Positions 49,931 to 63,930 of a stretch of DNA of 64,000 bases are shown here, one piece after another. Each line of letters starts with the position of its first letter. Within the stretch, counting starts at the first letter, position 1. The notes beneath the pieces were generated by a model. That model made no database searches. It worked only from the letters and a program-made list of their open reading frames with translations, and was not told the origin of the DNA. This stretch comes from Sminthopsis crassicaudata (lineage: Eukaryota): positions 673,486,958 to 673,550,957 of the forward strand of contig NC_133617.1 in assembly GCF_048593235.1 (NCBI RefSeq), given 5' to 3'. Made by a program: the position numbers and the translations under genes.

Positions 49931-50694
49931 TATAATATCACTGGCCTCAAGCCTGCAACACTCTCCCTTCCATCAAGTCCAAACTAACATTGCATTTTTA
50001 AAAAGGAAACCTTTACAGATCTCTCTTAATTCTAGTACCTTCCCTATGTTTATTTTAAATTTATTCTGGGTGAATGTCTGGAAGGGTTTTTTTGATACCT
50101 AGGTGTTTGCAGGTTGTCCATACCATTAGATTGAATTTGTTTAAAAAAAACATTTTTTTAAACCTTTCTTTATAGTTAGTGTTTGAAATCCATGTGCTGT
50201 TTAAAGAAAAGCCTCTTTTGATATCTGTAAAAACAAAAGGCAAGATACCATCTAAAAAGCTCTCTCTTAATCTATTATCCACTGTTCCAATGGGATCTGG
50301 TGGGGCATAGAGAGACAGACTAGGTATTAGGAGCTGTGGATTCTATTTCTGGGTCTGTTGTTCAATGTGTAAATCAGTTGAGTAAATCTGCCTCTTTTAT
50401 TATGCCATCTTGATTCCTCCTCTCTAGCCTCAATTTTCCCATTACAAAGTTGGACTTTCAGCTCCAGCATGATATTATTTGAATACAATTCCCCAGTCCA
50501 GTGCACAGTTCAACTGAGCTGTGGTTCTCTGATTCTGATAGAATTGCCCAGGCAAACTCATCTGAGAAAGAAGATGGCATAGAACCTATCTTCAAAGGTA
50601 CTCATCTGAGGGGCAACAATTCTTGTTCTTAGGGACTCCATACTCTGAAAAGGTTGAAGAGGCTTTGTTACAAGATCATAGATTTATAAGTGGC

Positions 50695-51853
50695 TTTATT
50701 TTATTTTTAGTAAAGCTGTTTAGTTTTCAAAACATATGTGTGGATAATTCTTCAACATTAGCCCTTGCAAATTCTTGTGTTCCAATTTTCCCTCCTTTCC
50801 CCCACTCTCTTCCCTAGATGGCAAGTAATCCAATATATGTTAAACAAAGTAGAAATAACATGAGATGAACCAAATAAGTTCCAATTGTTCAGTAATGAAG
50901 AGAACTAGCTACACCCAGCAAAAGAACTATGGGAAATGAGTGTGGACCACAACATAACATTTCTACTCCTGTTATTGTCCTCTTGCATTTTTGTTTCCCT
51001 TCTCAGGTTATTTTTACCTTATTTCTAAATCTAATTTTTCTTGTGCAGCAAGATAACCGTATAAATATGTATACATATATTGTATTTAACATATACTTTA
51101 ACATATTTAATGTGTATTGATCTACCTAATATCTAGGGGAGGGAGTAGAGGAAAGGAGGGGAGATTTGAAATAGAAGGGTCAACAGAGGACAAGGGTCAA
51201 TGCTGAAAAATTACCTGTGCATATGTCTTGTAAATAAAAAGCTAAAATAAAAAATATAGAAATATATGTTAAATCTAATGTATGCATACATATTTTTACA
51301 ATTATCTTGCACAAGAAAAATCAAATCAATGGTAAAAAAAAAAAAAAAAAAGAAGCAAAATAAAATGCAAGGAAGCAACAACAAAAAGAGTGAAAATTCT
51401 TAGTTCCCATAATTCTGTCTCTGGATGTAGATGGCTCTCTTCATCCCTGAATAATTGGAACTGGTCTGAATCATCTCATTGTTGAAGAGAACCGCATTCA
51501 TCAGAATTGATTGTCATATAGTCTGGTTGTTGCTGTGTTCAATGATCTCCTGGTTCTGCTCATTTCACTCAGCTCCGGTTCATGTAAGTCTGTCCAGGTC
51601 TCTCTGAAATCATCCTGTTGGTCATTTCTTACAGAACAATAATATTCCATTATAACTTATTCAGCCATTCTCCACTGATGGGCATCCCATTCACTTTCCA
51701 GTTTCTCTCCACTACAAGGGCTGCCACAAACATTTTTGCACATGTGGGTCCCTTTCCCTTCTTTAAGATCGCTTTGTGATTCAAGCCCAATAAAAACACT
51801 GCTGGGTCAAAGGGTATGCACAGTTTGATAAGTTTTTGAGCCTAGTTCCAAAT
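50695..51853 (-). mobile_element. L1 3' fragment (minus) with a nested plus-strand L1 3' fragment at 50858-51256
   Basis: The inner copy is flanked by TAGAAATA (50850-50857 / 51257-51264), and removing it restores contiguous 3'UTR. The outer copy is flanked by ATTTATAAG (50682-50690 / 51852-51860). Confidence 0.75.
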
Positions 51854-51999
51854 TTATAAGCAACTTATCAATTCCCCCAATTTACAGATTAGTGACTGGA
51901 GGCTAGTCAGTATCTGAAGGGAGATTCAGATTCTGCTCATGCTGCCTCCACGCCCCCTTATACTACCCATTTTACTACACTGCCTCTTCATTGAAAGGA

Positions 52000-52930
52000 A
52001 TAAGGGATATACTGATGAATTTCAAAGTTGAGATCCAAAAAGATTTTGACAAGTGAAAGCATTGGGCTGAATCTAATAATGTGGAATTTAATAGAAATAA
52101 ATGTAATCTTATTCGAATTCAAGAACAAGAGGAGGGAGACATAACTAGAAAGCAGTTTGAAGAAGGAAGGCAATCCCAAAGGCTCAATATAAGTGAGCAA
52201 ATGCTAGCTAAGCATTTGCTGTGTACCCAGTACTGTGCCAAGCACTACAAATGTCACCTCATTTCATCCCCACAATAATCCTGGCAGGTAAATGCTGTTA
52301 TTAGCCCAGTTTTACAGTTGAGGACACTAGGGCGAATAAGGGTTGGGTGACTTGCATAGCTGTACAGTTAGTGTTTGAGGTAGTGTTCCCTACATGTTTA
52401 ACTCAGGGATTTTGGACTCCAATCTAGTCCAACTCTGCCATAGTTACCAGGAAAAAATGGTAGATCATATCTGGAATGTGTTTATAATTCTAGCTGTCAC
52501 TTTAAGAAGTACAGTAGAAATCTGCAGAGTGTCCGGACAAAGCAATCAGAGTTATTAAGGGTCTTGAATCCATATCACATGAGGATTTTTGCCTTAAGAA
52601 GACAAGATTTAGGGACATCTGGCAGGGTTTAAGGGGTCAAGGGGAAATAATAGCTGTTTACAAATATTTGAAGGACTGATGAATAGAAATGGGATTATTT
52701 TGCTTCATTTTGTTTTTTGGGGTTTTTTGTTTGTTTTTTGCTAGGCAGAAATAATGGATTTGAAATAAAATAATTTAGGACTAATGTTAGGTAGTGAAAA
52801 TGATCCCAAAGCGAAGTTTAAGTTCATTTAGGAGGAAGTGAATTCTCCCTGACCACCAGTCTGATATATTTTGTGTGGATTCTCTTGGGGAATGGTTTGG
52901 ATTAAATAGTCACTGAAGATCTCTTCACCG
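52000..52930 (+). mobile_element. CR1/L3 LINE remnant interrupted by a MIR/MAR1 SINE (about 52190-52430)
   Basis: Translates to an L3 RT C-terminal-like IQKDFDK..HWAESNNVEFNRNKC, and ends with a (GATTCCAT)-type CR1 tail near 52935. Confidence 0.65.
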
Positions 52931-53304
52931 CTAAGATTCCATGATTCCAATGAGTCCCCAGTCTGAGGAGACCCCAAGCTGAAAGTGGAAAGTAAGCCCT
53001 GTCCTGGGTCTGGTCCGTGGCAAGTAAGGAGATGGATTTCAGGAAAGGCCGGGCAGGGCCACGCAGACTGCTTTGCTCACTTGGTGGCACTGTTGGGCCA
53101 GGAATGGAGCCTCTCCCATCCACTCTCTTCAAGCCCAAGCGTCTAGCTCCTTTTGGTGTAGCTGTCTGACTTCTGGGTCCCTGGTCCCTCCGAATCTGTA
53201 GCAGTGGTCCCCTCTTCCTGGGTCAGGCTGTTCTTAAATCTGGCATTTTAGTGTTTTAATGAGGGCTTTGTGTCAGTATCTGCACAGAGTGAGCTTAAAA
53301 AATG

Positions 53305-53385
53305 CTCCCTTCTTCCCTCCTCTCCTTCTCTCTCTCTCCCTCCCTCCCTCTCTCCCTCCCTCCCTCTCTCTCCTTCTCTCTAAGC
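53305..53385. repeat. (CT)/(CTCC) pyrimidine low-complexity tract
   Basis: Direct reading of the sequence. Confidence 0.85.
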
Positions 53386-53943
53386 ATCTCCCTCACCTTG
53401 TCTTGGCTTCCTCACTCCAGTCCTAGGGGAGTAAATAGTCAGCTAAATGGACACAGCCCCCTGCTCAAAGACCAGGGACTGGACATGAGGGACCTGTGTC
53501 CTCCATAACCTTCAGAGGTTGTTCAACTGTTCCAGTCCTGTCTGACTCTTCACGACCCCATATGGGGTTTTCCTGGCAAGGATAGGGGAATGGTTTCCTT
53601 CTCTCTCTCCATTTTCTTCTTTAGTTCATTCCACAGATGAGAAAACTGAAGTACACATGGTTAAGTGGCTTGCCCATAAGTGTTTGAGATTTGATCTGAA
53701 CTCTTGAAGATGAGTGTTCCTAACTCCAGGTCTGATACTGAATTCACCTTCTCACTTTGAGCTTCCCTTTCCCTCTGTGTTTAATAAAGGTTTGAACTGC
53801 AGTCCTTTAGTATAGGGTTGGGGTTTAGGAGAGAGATAAATACTAGCTCTTAATCCCTTTCTCCTCTTCCCCCCCCACAACATTTTTCCTTTACCTCACC
53901 TTGTTTTCTAGATTTCCTCACAAAAACTAAGAATGAGATTCAG

Positions 53944-54690
53944 CTGATCCAGCCATTCTAAAGAGCAATTTGGAACTATGCCCAAAAGGCTATAAAACTG
54001 TGCATATCCTTTGATTCCCCAGTGTATCTCAGATCATAAGAGAGAGGAAAGGACTTACATATGCAAAAATGTTTGCAAAAGTTCTTTTTGTAGTGGCAAG
54101 GAACTGGAAACTGAGTGGATGCCCATCAGTGGAGAAATGATTGAATAAGTTATGGTATATGAATATAATAGAATATTATTGTTTTGTAAGAAAGGCTGAA
54201 GAGGCTGATTTCAGAAAAGCCTGGAAAGACTTAATAATTAACTGATACTGAATGAAGTGAGCAGAACCAAGAGAACATTGCTCACAGTAACAAGATGATG
54301 TGATGATCAAGTATGAAAAACTTGGCTCTTCTCGGCAATGCAGTGATCCAAGATAATTCCAATAGACTTGGGATGGAAAATGCTATCTGCATCCAGTGAG
54401 AGAACTATGGAGACTAAATGTGGATCGAAGCATACTATTTTTCCTTTTGTGTTGTTGTTTTTTCTATCTCATGGTTTTTTCCCTTTTGTTCTGTTTTTTA
54501 TTTCACAAAATGACTAATATGGAAAAATGTTTAAAATGATCATCCATATATAACCTATATCAGATTTCTTGCTCTCTTGGGGAAGGGAGAAAAAAATGGA
54601 ATTCAAAATCTTAAAAAGTGAATGTTGAAAACTATCCTTACATGCAATTGGAAAAGTAAAATACTTTTGAATTAAAAAAAAGTTTTTAAA
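53944..54690 (+). mobile_element. 5'-truncated L1 (end of ORF2 plus 3'UTR)
   Basis: CAGCCATTCTAAAGAGCAATTTGGAACTATGCCC... ending in an A-rich tail. TSD AAGAATGAGATTCAG (53929-53943) / AAGAGTGAGATTCAG (54691-54705). Confidence 0.85.
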
Positions 54691-57600
54691 AAGAGTGAGA
54701 TTCAGAAACAATACTTGAGGTTAAAGGTAATCTGAAGGGTGGAACACATTTTGTCCATTCTGAATAGGATTGGGGGAGGTAGTTTTTCCAATTATCTAAA
54801 CCACATTAGTCTCTCTTCAAAGCCACATCCCCAGGAAGCCTTTTTGAACCCAGCCTAGTTGATAATGCCTTGAGTGCTCAGAGCCAAACTCTGGTCTCCA
54901 GGTTCATGGGAATATAAATCATTTAGCGTGTAGACTCCATGGCTAGGCTGGTTCCAGCCAGTACCTCCTGAACTCTAAAGATCCACCCAACTATAAAGTG
55001 TCCATCTAAAGTCTTGTGGGAAATGTAATGGTGGGATGAGGGAGAAGCATTGGGAAGGTAGATAGGACTGGGTCTAACAGACCTTAGTGGACTATCTTAT
55101 TAGCCAAATTCCTGTATTCAGCCCTTAGGCAAGAAAGAACAAGTCTTTGAGATCAATTAATCATAAACAGGCATTCCTTAAACTCATTATGTGCAAAGTA
55201 CTGTGCTAACTTCTGGTCCCATTGGTCTTTATCAGGTTAAATAAATCCATCCTAGGGAAAGGAAATTTAATCAGGTAAAGATAGTTGGGTTTTTTTTTCC
55301 CCTTCTGGGCCCACAAAACAATAGAAATCCTAAAAATAACAGGAAGATGAGATAGGATGTATTCGGAGACGGAAACACTGATAAAAAGAGAAAGAAACAG
55401 TTGAATCAGGATTAAATGCAACAATTGAAACACACCTTCAATGAGCCTTTAATGAGCACCTATGAAGTACAGGCAGATGTGTAACAAGCATTTATTCAGC
55501 ACTTACTGTGTGCCAGATTCTGTGTTAAAGCTACAAATACAATTGAAAAGATAGTCCCTGCCATGAAATACCTTGTATTCTAATTAAAGAATACAACACC
55601 TAAAAAGGAGAATATGGGCCATTGTGGGAAAGTCTGGAGGGTCAAAAAGAAGCCCAACCAAAGAAAAGAGTATCCATAGGAGGTTTTTCTCAAATGGACA
55701 CTCCAAGGACTCACTGAGTGGACAAAAAACTTGTCAAAGGAAGTTCTAGGGTGAGAAGGCATCTGAGTCATGGTGGTAAAGTCCAGAGAGCACATGGTCA
55801 GAAGATATAGAAGTGGAGATGACCAAGTTCCTGTTCTTTTGGAACTTATAATCGAAAGGGGCTGCCCAGGAGGAGCTCAGCATGCCCTTCCCCATTCCTC
55901 TCCTGCCTCCTAATACAGGTGTCAGTGCCTTGGGAGGTCAGCTTTGTGATCAGTGTGAGATCATCTGGACCTGGGTATTCATTTCCCTTGTCCCTTGATT
56001 ACCACATTAAGATGGACTGATTGCTACCAGAGCGGTTCCTATCAGACCTAGTATGGAGCTAGATCCCTTAAGGTCCCTTCTAGCTCTAACTATGAATCCA
56101 AACCCTGAAAGACCTCTAGGCCTCTTGCGGTCCACTTGGAAAGGCTCTGAAACTTAGGAAAGGCTTCCAAAAGACAGGAGGGAGGCCCCTTTGGAGCCTT
56201 TCAGTTCTCATTCCAGGGGGAAGGAGCACCTTCAGGGGGCTGGTGGAGAGGGAGAGTGCTTTTCAGCACTGCCATCAGTCTGGGGAGAGGGATAACAGAG
56301 CTCTTAGAGCAGCCCTAAAGGATCAGTGGGCTGGAAATCAGGACTCAAATCAGGAATTATAGCGAGGTGTCAGTGATCATTGACTCTTAACAAATGAATT
56401 TTCTCTGTTTCCGAAATTGTCTCTATGTAAGCCTGGCTCATTTGTCTATGTAAAAAGAGGAAATTGGACCAGGTAATCCCTAGCAAAGGTTCTTTCCCAT
56501 TCTAAACCTCAGATGATGTTGAGATGGATGTAAATAAAGAAGGAATAGCATTTGCATCAATTGAGATAAGTCCTTTTTAAAAAAATCTTCCCACTTTGAC
56601 AGCACTTATAGCCTGTAAGTCTTAAGAAGCACAAGTAGTTTATGATCTAAAGAAAGAAGATGACACAGAAAAGGAAGCTAAAAAGGGTGGGGGAAAGGTT
56701 CCAGCTGGGGCCATGATGGGGTCCAGTTCGGAGAAAGAAAAGCTGATGGGAATTGAAGGCCCCTGCTATTCTGGGGACCCTCTTTAAATGGAGGCTTTGG
56801 GGGACTTCCTTACTTTGCTCTCCACTTTCTAATCTGCACCAGACCCTTTTCCCTCTGGTTGGAGTCCTATCCTCTGTTTTCTCACTGTTTCCTGTTTTCA
56901 TCCAGTGTTTATGGCAGACTGAATATTCTGTGAGAACTGGGCCTTTTCTCCCTCCTTCTCCACTCCTCCTTTGAACCTTTCCCTATATGCTCCCAACTCC
57001 CTCATCCCTAGGAGGAGAAGAAAGAGGGAAGGAAAGCTCAGAAAGAGCATTAAAGCTTTTTTTCTTTGGGTTGAACCCCAGAAGTCTGAAATCCTGGGAG
57101 GAGGAAAACTCTGGACTACACTGGGCCTGAGTGAAGAACCTAAGACTGGTGGCTCTCACTTGGATGGGAGTTACAGTACCCATGACCCTCCCAGAGAGGT
57201 CTGGGGAGAAGTCTGGAACAGAGGGTGAGAAGCCCCAGACAAAGTTCATTCAGCAAAAATTTTAGGTTCCTAAAGTCTTTGAGAGCCTGTACAGGTCGTG
57301 GGGATTTAAAAATAATAAAATTAAATTTAAATTTAAAAAATAATTAAAATTTAAAAATAAATAAGAAGCAGCCTTGAGGGACATTGTACTCTACTAGTCT
57401 GAGATAAGACAGGGGCACAAAAAGAATATGCCATCAATTATCCCCAGATAAGAGGATAGAACTATATATACAGAGTCGTAAATGCATAAGGTGAAAGTAC
57501 AATGCAGTGAGAGATCCAAAGAAGGACTCAAGACCATCCCTTTTGGTTGGAAGATTCCAGAACTTTCAGGAGCTGGTGGTCTTTGAGCTGGGGGAGCCCT

Positions 57601-58489
57601 GAGAAAAAGACATTGGGCTAGGATCTAGAAAGTCAAAGTTGGAGTCAGCCTTAGAAACCATCTGGTCTCAAACCTATATTGTACAAAGAGCAGAATGGGA
57701 CTGAAGGTCCAGAAAGGGGAAGGGACTTGTGGGGCAGGTCTTCTATCTCCTGATAACCTTCCCTGTCTCAGAAAGCCAGATAACAGCTTTTTAATAAACC
57801 TTCTGCAGCTCCTACAACTTCTGCTTCCCTCTCATTCCTTGCTCTAGTCCAGAAAAGGGCAGGAGGTGGAGGGGGGATGGAGTAGGAGAAAAGCCCCCAC
57901 CACATAGGGCCTGGCCACTGTCTTGGAGAGTGAGACCAAAGACATCTCTCTATCTGTTCCTAGTGGAATTTCCGGGGCTAACTCTCAGAATGCTCAGTAT
58001 CTCTGTCAATAAACAAGGGAGAGGAATGACTGTTGTCTGAATGAAAAAAGGGATAGAGAATGAGAGATCAATGGAAAGGGGAAGATCAGGGAACTACAAC
58101 AACTGGTGAATGACCTTTCCCCACTAGGGCTCCTGACACTGGTGGAGAGGGACTGTGAACCCTGAGTGAAAATAAGAAAAAACCACTAGATTTCACCAGA
58201 GATTTTTTTTTTAAATTTAAACAATGAAGAACAGAAAAAGAAGAATGAATGAAGGTGAGGATAACCCCTATTTCTCTCTTCTCTCAAATAGCCTCCTCTG
58301 GCTTGCCTGCTCCTTGCAAAGTCATCTCCATAGCAACTCACCCTGCTTCCTTCATCAGACCCAGAGATTCACCAAACCATCAGAGACCTCAGAGGCCATC
58401 GAATACAGCCTGCACCCGCCTGAAATGCCCTTTCTGCAACAGTATCCAAAATCATCCAGGCTGTCACCCATCTATTCTTTCAGAAGCAT

Positions 58490-58950
58490 CTATTAAATGC
58501 CTATTGTATATGTTAAACACAGTGCTAGGAGCAAGGGAATAGAAAGACAAGAAGGAAACAATCTCTGCTCTGAAGCACTCAATCGATGAGTGGAAGTATA
58601 ATCATATGTACATACAAAATATGTGTACAAAATAAATGCAGAGTAATGGACACCATGGAGATTAGCATCTGGGGATCAGGCAAAGCATCATGAAGGAATA
58701 GCAGGATGTCAGCTGAGTTTTGAAGAAAACCAGGGATTCTGAGGGCCAGGAGTGAGAAGAAAATAAATTCCAGGGATAGGGGGTATAGATGAGAAATGAG
58801 ATGTGATGATGGTTGAGAATGTAAGGAGGCCATTTTGGCTTGCCTGTAGAATGAGAGGCCATATTCCACTGATAAGGGTTTGGGAACAAGGATTCTAGGG
58901 AGCTCTAGACACTTGACCCCCATTCTTGGCTTTCTGGGACTAACTGGGGA
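58490..58950 (-). mobile_element. L2 3'-end remnant
   Basis: AAGCATCTATTAAATGCCTATTGT...ACAGTGCTAGG pattern. Confidence 0.55.
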
Positions 58951-59044
58951 CATGTAAGTTGCTGCATTGGTCTATTCTAGGATATAGAGGGTGAAAAAAT
59001 AGAGTAGAACTCTTCCAAGCTCTATCAAGAATTTCCAGCATCTG

Positions 59045-59575
59045 AACTAATTGTGGCATATGAATGTATTGGAATACTATTGTGCTATAAGAAATGATGA
59101 GCAGGCAGATTTCAGAAAATCCTGGAAAGACTTACCCGAACCCCTGCTGAGTGAAGTGAACAGAACTAGAACATTGTATCCTGTAACAGCTACATTAGGT
59201 GAGGATCAGCTTTGATACTTAGTTCTTCCCAGCAATACAATGACCCAAAACAATTCCAAAGGACTCATTGATGGAAAATAGCAACCACATTCAGAGAAAG
59301 AACTATGGACACTGAATGCAGATACTATTTTTTTTTCTTTCTGGTGGTTTTTCCCTTTTGTTCTTATTCTTCTTTCACAATAAGACTAATGTGGATATAT
59401 AATATGACTGTATATGTATAACCTATATCAGATTGCTTGCTGTTTGGAGAGAGTAGGGGAGATGAGGGAGGGAGAAAAAAATTAAAAATCAAAATCTTAT
59501 AGCAGTAAATGCTTATAACAGTAACTATCTTTACATGTATTTGGAAAAAATAAAATACTATTAAATTGGAGGAAA
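59045..59575 (+). mobile_element. 5'-truncated L1 3' fragment
   Basis: Collinear with the copy at 53944-54690 (TGTGGCATATGAATGTA...TGGAAAAAATAAAATAC). Confidence 0.75.
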
Positions 59576-62349
59576 AGGAATTCCTAGCAGCTGAAGGGAC
59601 TGGGTCTATGAGGACAGGGAGTGTGGAAGCAGAGATTCATCTGTTGCTTTCTCCTCCTCATCTCCACTTGAGCCTGTTATAAAGATTTCTGGGAGCTTTG
59701 CTCCCAGAAGGTAGGAATGAGCTGGTTAAAAGATACCATTTTATGGGAACAGAAAGAACTCACAGCTCTCTTCTCCCCCAGTTTCTTTAATCAAACTCTG
59801 ATCTTGGTTAACTATATGGGACCAGAGGTTTTAGAACTAGAAGGGCCTTTTAAGTAGTCTGGTTCCAGCTCTTCATTGTACCAAAGAGGAAAAGAAGGGC
59901 AAAGAAATGTAAAGCTGCTTGAAGTCACTGAAATGGCAGAGGCAGGATCAGAACTAGGATCTCTCAGGGTCCAGATCCAGTATCCAAGAGTTTTTGTCCA
60001 TCATATTTCTCATTGAGAAGATAGACCAATAGGTTATTATTAGTGGTTGGCTGCAAGGTCATGGAGTAGATTAACCTGCTTCGAAAGTGCAGTTTGATCT
60101 GAAGGTCTATCCTGTACCTGTAGTGAAGCCCCCCTCAGATGAGGATATCTAGAATCTAGATCCTGCCTCAAGGCATGCTTTGGATTAGCATCTATTCAAC
60201 AGCACAACTCACCAGTTCCCATCCAAAGACATTAAAAAATCAAACCAAACTAGAGAACACATTAGCTCAAAACAAAGACAGAATCATAAGCTAAATAACA
60301 AGGAAAATCCTCACTCCCCCTTTTCCTCCCCCTCCACCAGGAGCACACTTTCCTACAGATTTTCACATCAGTAGTGGATGGTGTGTAATCCAGACAATAC
60401 ATGTTTGAGGACTGCATCCAGATAGGAAAGTCTCTCTATCTCTGATTTCTAACTTTCTAAAATGTAGGTATAATAAAAGCAGTTAGTTTAGGCTTAGGAG
60501 TGAAAGGAAATGAAACACTTGTAGGTCATTCCACAGTTTACAAAAAGGACTTTTCTTAGCTGTATTTTAGAAAGTATATTCAAAAAGGGTACTGAAGCAT
60601 TGAAATGGGACAGACTGGCTTCCCCCCATAGAAGTGTGGTTAGTCTGAGCAATGGATTATGGGACAGACTCAGCCCTGAAGGGCAGTGTAGTACAGCGGA
60701 CGGTTTTAGATGTGGAGTCAAAAAACCTGGGTTCCAATTTTGCCTGTTATTTAATATTTCTGTGTCATTGGTCAAGTCATTGAAACACTCTAGACCTCCA
60801 TTTCTACTTTTAAAAAATGAAGGGATTGTGTCAGATGATCTAGGGATTCTGGGGACAAATTAGCTCCTGGGAGGGAGCAAATAAGTTAAGAGTGTGGAGA
60901 GGTAAATTTCAGTTTGATAAAAGGAAAGAAAAACTCTCCTAAAAATGAGAATAGCCCCCAATTAGAATGGCTGCCTTGGGACATGGTCAGTCAGTAATCA
61001 ACAAGCATTTATTAGGCTCTTACCTAGAGGTCTTTAATCAAAGATGGAATAGCCACTTATTAAATGGGTAGTTAAGAGAATTCTTTGTGAGCTGTTTAGG
61101 GCCCTCTGAGTTCCCTGACTAAGGAACCTAATGATGATGATGGTTGTGGAAGGAAATGTTTGAATCAGTTGACAGGGGGAGGCTTCAAGCTGGGGACAGG
61201 TGGGACTCCCCACTGCCCATCCCCAAACTTTTCACTTTTGGATCTTAATCAGTCATTTTCTGCCATCAGCAACTGGAAGGGGGTGGTTGGAGATGGGGGT
61301 GGAGACTGGCTTTCCCTTGTTCACAGACTGCAGTTCCCCCAGAGCATGAGAGCTGTCTAAAAATAGTCCCAATTACAACATACCCAGCGGGTATAGGGGG
61401 AGAGAGCCCAAAGGAAGAGGAGGAGGAGATCAACAGCTTGAAGGGGAAAGGCCAGTTTCCCTGAAAAAAGAGAGGGAAGGAAGCCTCCTGGGGGGACAGA
61501 ACTCCTCTCCTAGTCAGTTACAGCCCCACCCACCAACAAAGCCCCCTCCCCACCTCTCTGCCTTGGCAGGCTGATGGTTCTTGGGCATTTTCCACTTTGC
61601 ATTTTCATGATTGGTGGGAGGATTTGGGCTTGAAAAGCTTTAGGCTATGTCCAGCCTGTGGAGAAGGCCCCATTTACATTTCCTGGGTTTTCCACTTGGA
61701 GTGTGCTAGTGTGGTATTGTGTAAAAAGAAAACAGTGAGTTTAAATCTCAGCTTTGCTGAGAGTGTAGTTCTCTCCTTAAATTTGTATCTCTTGTTACCT
61801 GAGTCCCAGAAGGGAGTCCTCAGAGCAGCCAAGAGGCCTGCCTTTTTCCTCTGGAGATCTGCTGAGAGGCAATCCTTAGTAATGGTATATGGCCTGGTCC
61901 GGCTTTCCTTAAACATTTAAATTTATTGTTATTTTTGGATATCTTTTTTTAAATGCCACCTTCATTTCTAACTATACTTTTGTCCATAAAGCAGGGATCC
62001 TTAATTGTTTTTCTAACAAGTCAGCTCACACATATTTATATTCCAGTCACTGGTTAAATCAAAGAATATAAAAGTCAGGCTTACAAATATAGTTTCTACT
62101 TTTTAGGAACTCAATCATCTCATGGAATTTTGTATCATGGACCATTTGGGAGTGTCTGATAAAGCCTCTCTCAGAACCATGCTTTTAAATGCATAAAATA
62201 AAATACCTAAGGAAAAATACAATGGAAACTAATTATAGTATAATTAAGAAAATTATCAATTTTTTTAAATAGACATAAGTTTAAAGAACACAAGTTGAGC
62301 CTCTGCCACAGAGCCATCCCTCACTACCAAAAATCAAAGAGAACAAGAA

Positions 62350-62860
62350 TTTCCCCTATTTTATAGTTGAGGAAACTGAGGTTAAGTGATTTTCCCAGGA
62401 TGGCACAGACTTAAGTGTTTGAATTCAAATTTGAACTTAGACCCTCCCGATTGCAGGCCCAGTGCTCTATCCACTACAGGGCTTCTTTGTCTTTGAATGC
62501 CAAATGGAGAATATGGCCCTGGAAGTAATCAGGAGCAACTGGTGTTTATTGAGCAGGGAACTCAGCCCCGTGTTTTGGGAAAATTACTTCTGTAACTGGG
62601 TGGCAGATGGATGGGAATGGGGAGAGGCTTGAAGCAGGAAAGACCAATCAGGCCACAGCAAGAGTTCAGGTGAAAGGTGATCCAGGCCTGAACCAGGGTG
62701 GTGGCTGTGTGAATGGAGAGAAGAGGATGTATTTAAGAGAAGTGATGAAGAAAGAAAAATGATTTGTCAACTGGATGACTGTGGAGTGAGTCAGAGTGAA
62801 GAGTCAAGGGTGACATTGATGTTTCCAACCTGAGTGACAGGTGGTGCCCTTGAATGTGGG
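62350..62860 (-). mobile_element. MIR/MAR1 SINE followed by an L2 fragment
   Basis: GAGGAAACTGAGGTTAAGTGATTTTCCCAGG CORE motif, then purine-rich L2-like sequence. Confidence 0.5.
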
Positions 62861-63699
62861 AGCCTGGATGCTCTTCTGAACATGGGTGGTTGGGGTGGAA
62901 AGCTGACGAGTCCTGTTTGTGGAGCTCGAGCTGCCTAGGAGACTCCAAGAAGGAGGAGGGAGGCTGGGGCTGTGTGTGGAGAGAGGGGGATCTGTTTGGG
63001 AACTCTAGGTACCAAGACTGAGGGGCTGCTTCTTCATCATTCCAATCATCTGTGAGTCAGCCTCTAGTTACTCTTTTCTTGGTTGGAATCAGATCCAGGC
63101 TAGCAGCTCTTTTCATCGATTTCTACACCTTCCAAGGAAGGAAATTGTCATTAAGACGAGACACAGACTTTCCCACTCTGCTTACCCACCCATTCTCTGC
63201 TGAGTTTTTTCTAAATGTGACATGGGGAGAAAACAAAATGATTAGTCAATCAGATCAACTTGTCAAACCAAGTTCCCCGAAGCTATAAAACCTGAATCAT
63301 CTCCCAAGGACTTAACTAGAAATTCTGGCACCCAGAGTTACTTTACTTGTGGATGGGATGGTGAGGGGGAAGTGGGGGGTCAGAATCTGGGGGACTGATT
63401 CCCAGACACCCACTACACTTGGACCCTGAAGTATCCCCTTTTGGTAAGAACTGCAAGAACTATGAAAGTATCCCTTTCCTTCCCCAGCCCCTCAGGCCTG
63501 TGGGGGCGATGTTTCAGGGACATCAAGACACCCTTCCTCCCCCTGCAAATTAAAATAACTCTCTCATACAGACCCAGAGAACAAGGTCTGAAAGCCTTAG
63601 AGAGAATAGTGACCATGACTTAATTTTAACACTATCACCTTCCATACCCCTATCATCCACAGGCTGTTCCATGAGAGCAGAAACGGAGTTTACATCTAG

Positions 63700-63930
63700 T
63701 CTAGCTGAGTATGGCAGAAAGAGCACAGGTTTTGGAATCAGGGACCTGAGCTCAAATCCTGCCTATAAAACTTTCTGTGGGACACTGGATAAATCATTCA
63801 ACTTCCCAGTGCCTCGGTTTCTTCATCTGTAAAATGAGGGGGCTAACTAGGTGGATTTTCAGCTCTAAATCTGTGATCCTAATTTCTCCCAGTGCCTAGC
63901 ATAGGGCCCTGCCTCTAGCAAGGGATTAAT
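63700..63930 (+). mobile_element. MIR-type SINE plus an L2 tail fragment
   Basis: CCTGAGCTCAAATCC...CCTCGGTTTCTTCATCTGTAAAATGAGG, then CCCAGTGCCTAGCATAG...AATAAATGTTTGTTGAAT. Confidence 0.6.

Noticed and set aside
52081-52278. Small ORF MEFNRNKC...
   Set aside because: A fragment of a decayed CR1/L3 reverse transcriptase, not a host gene.
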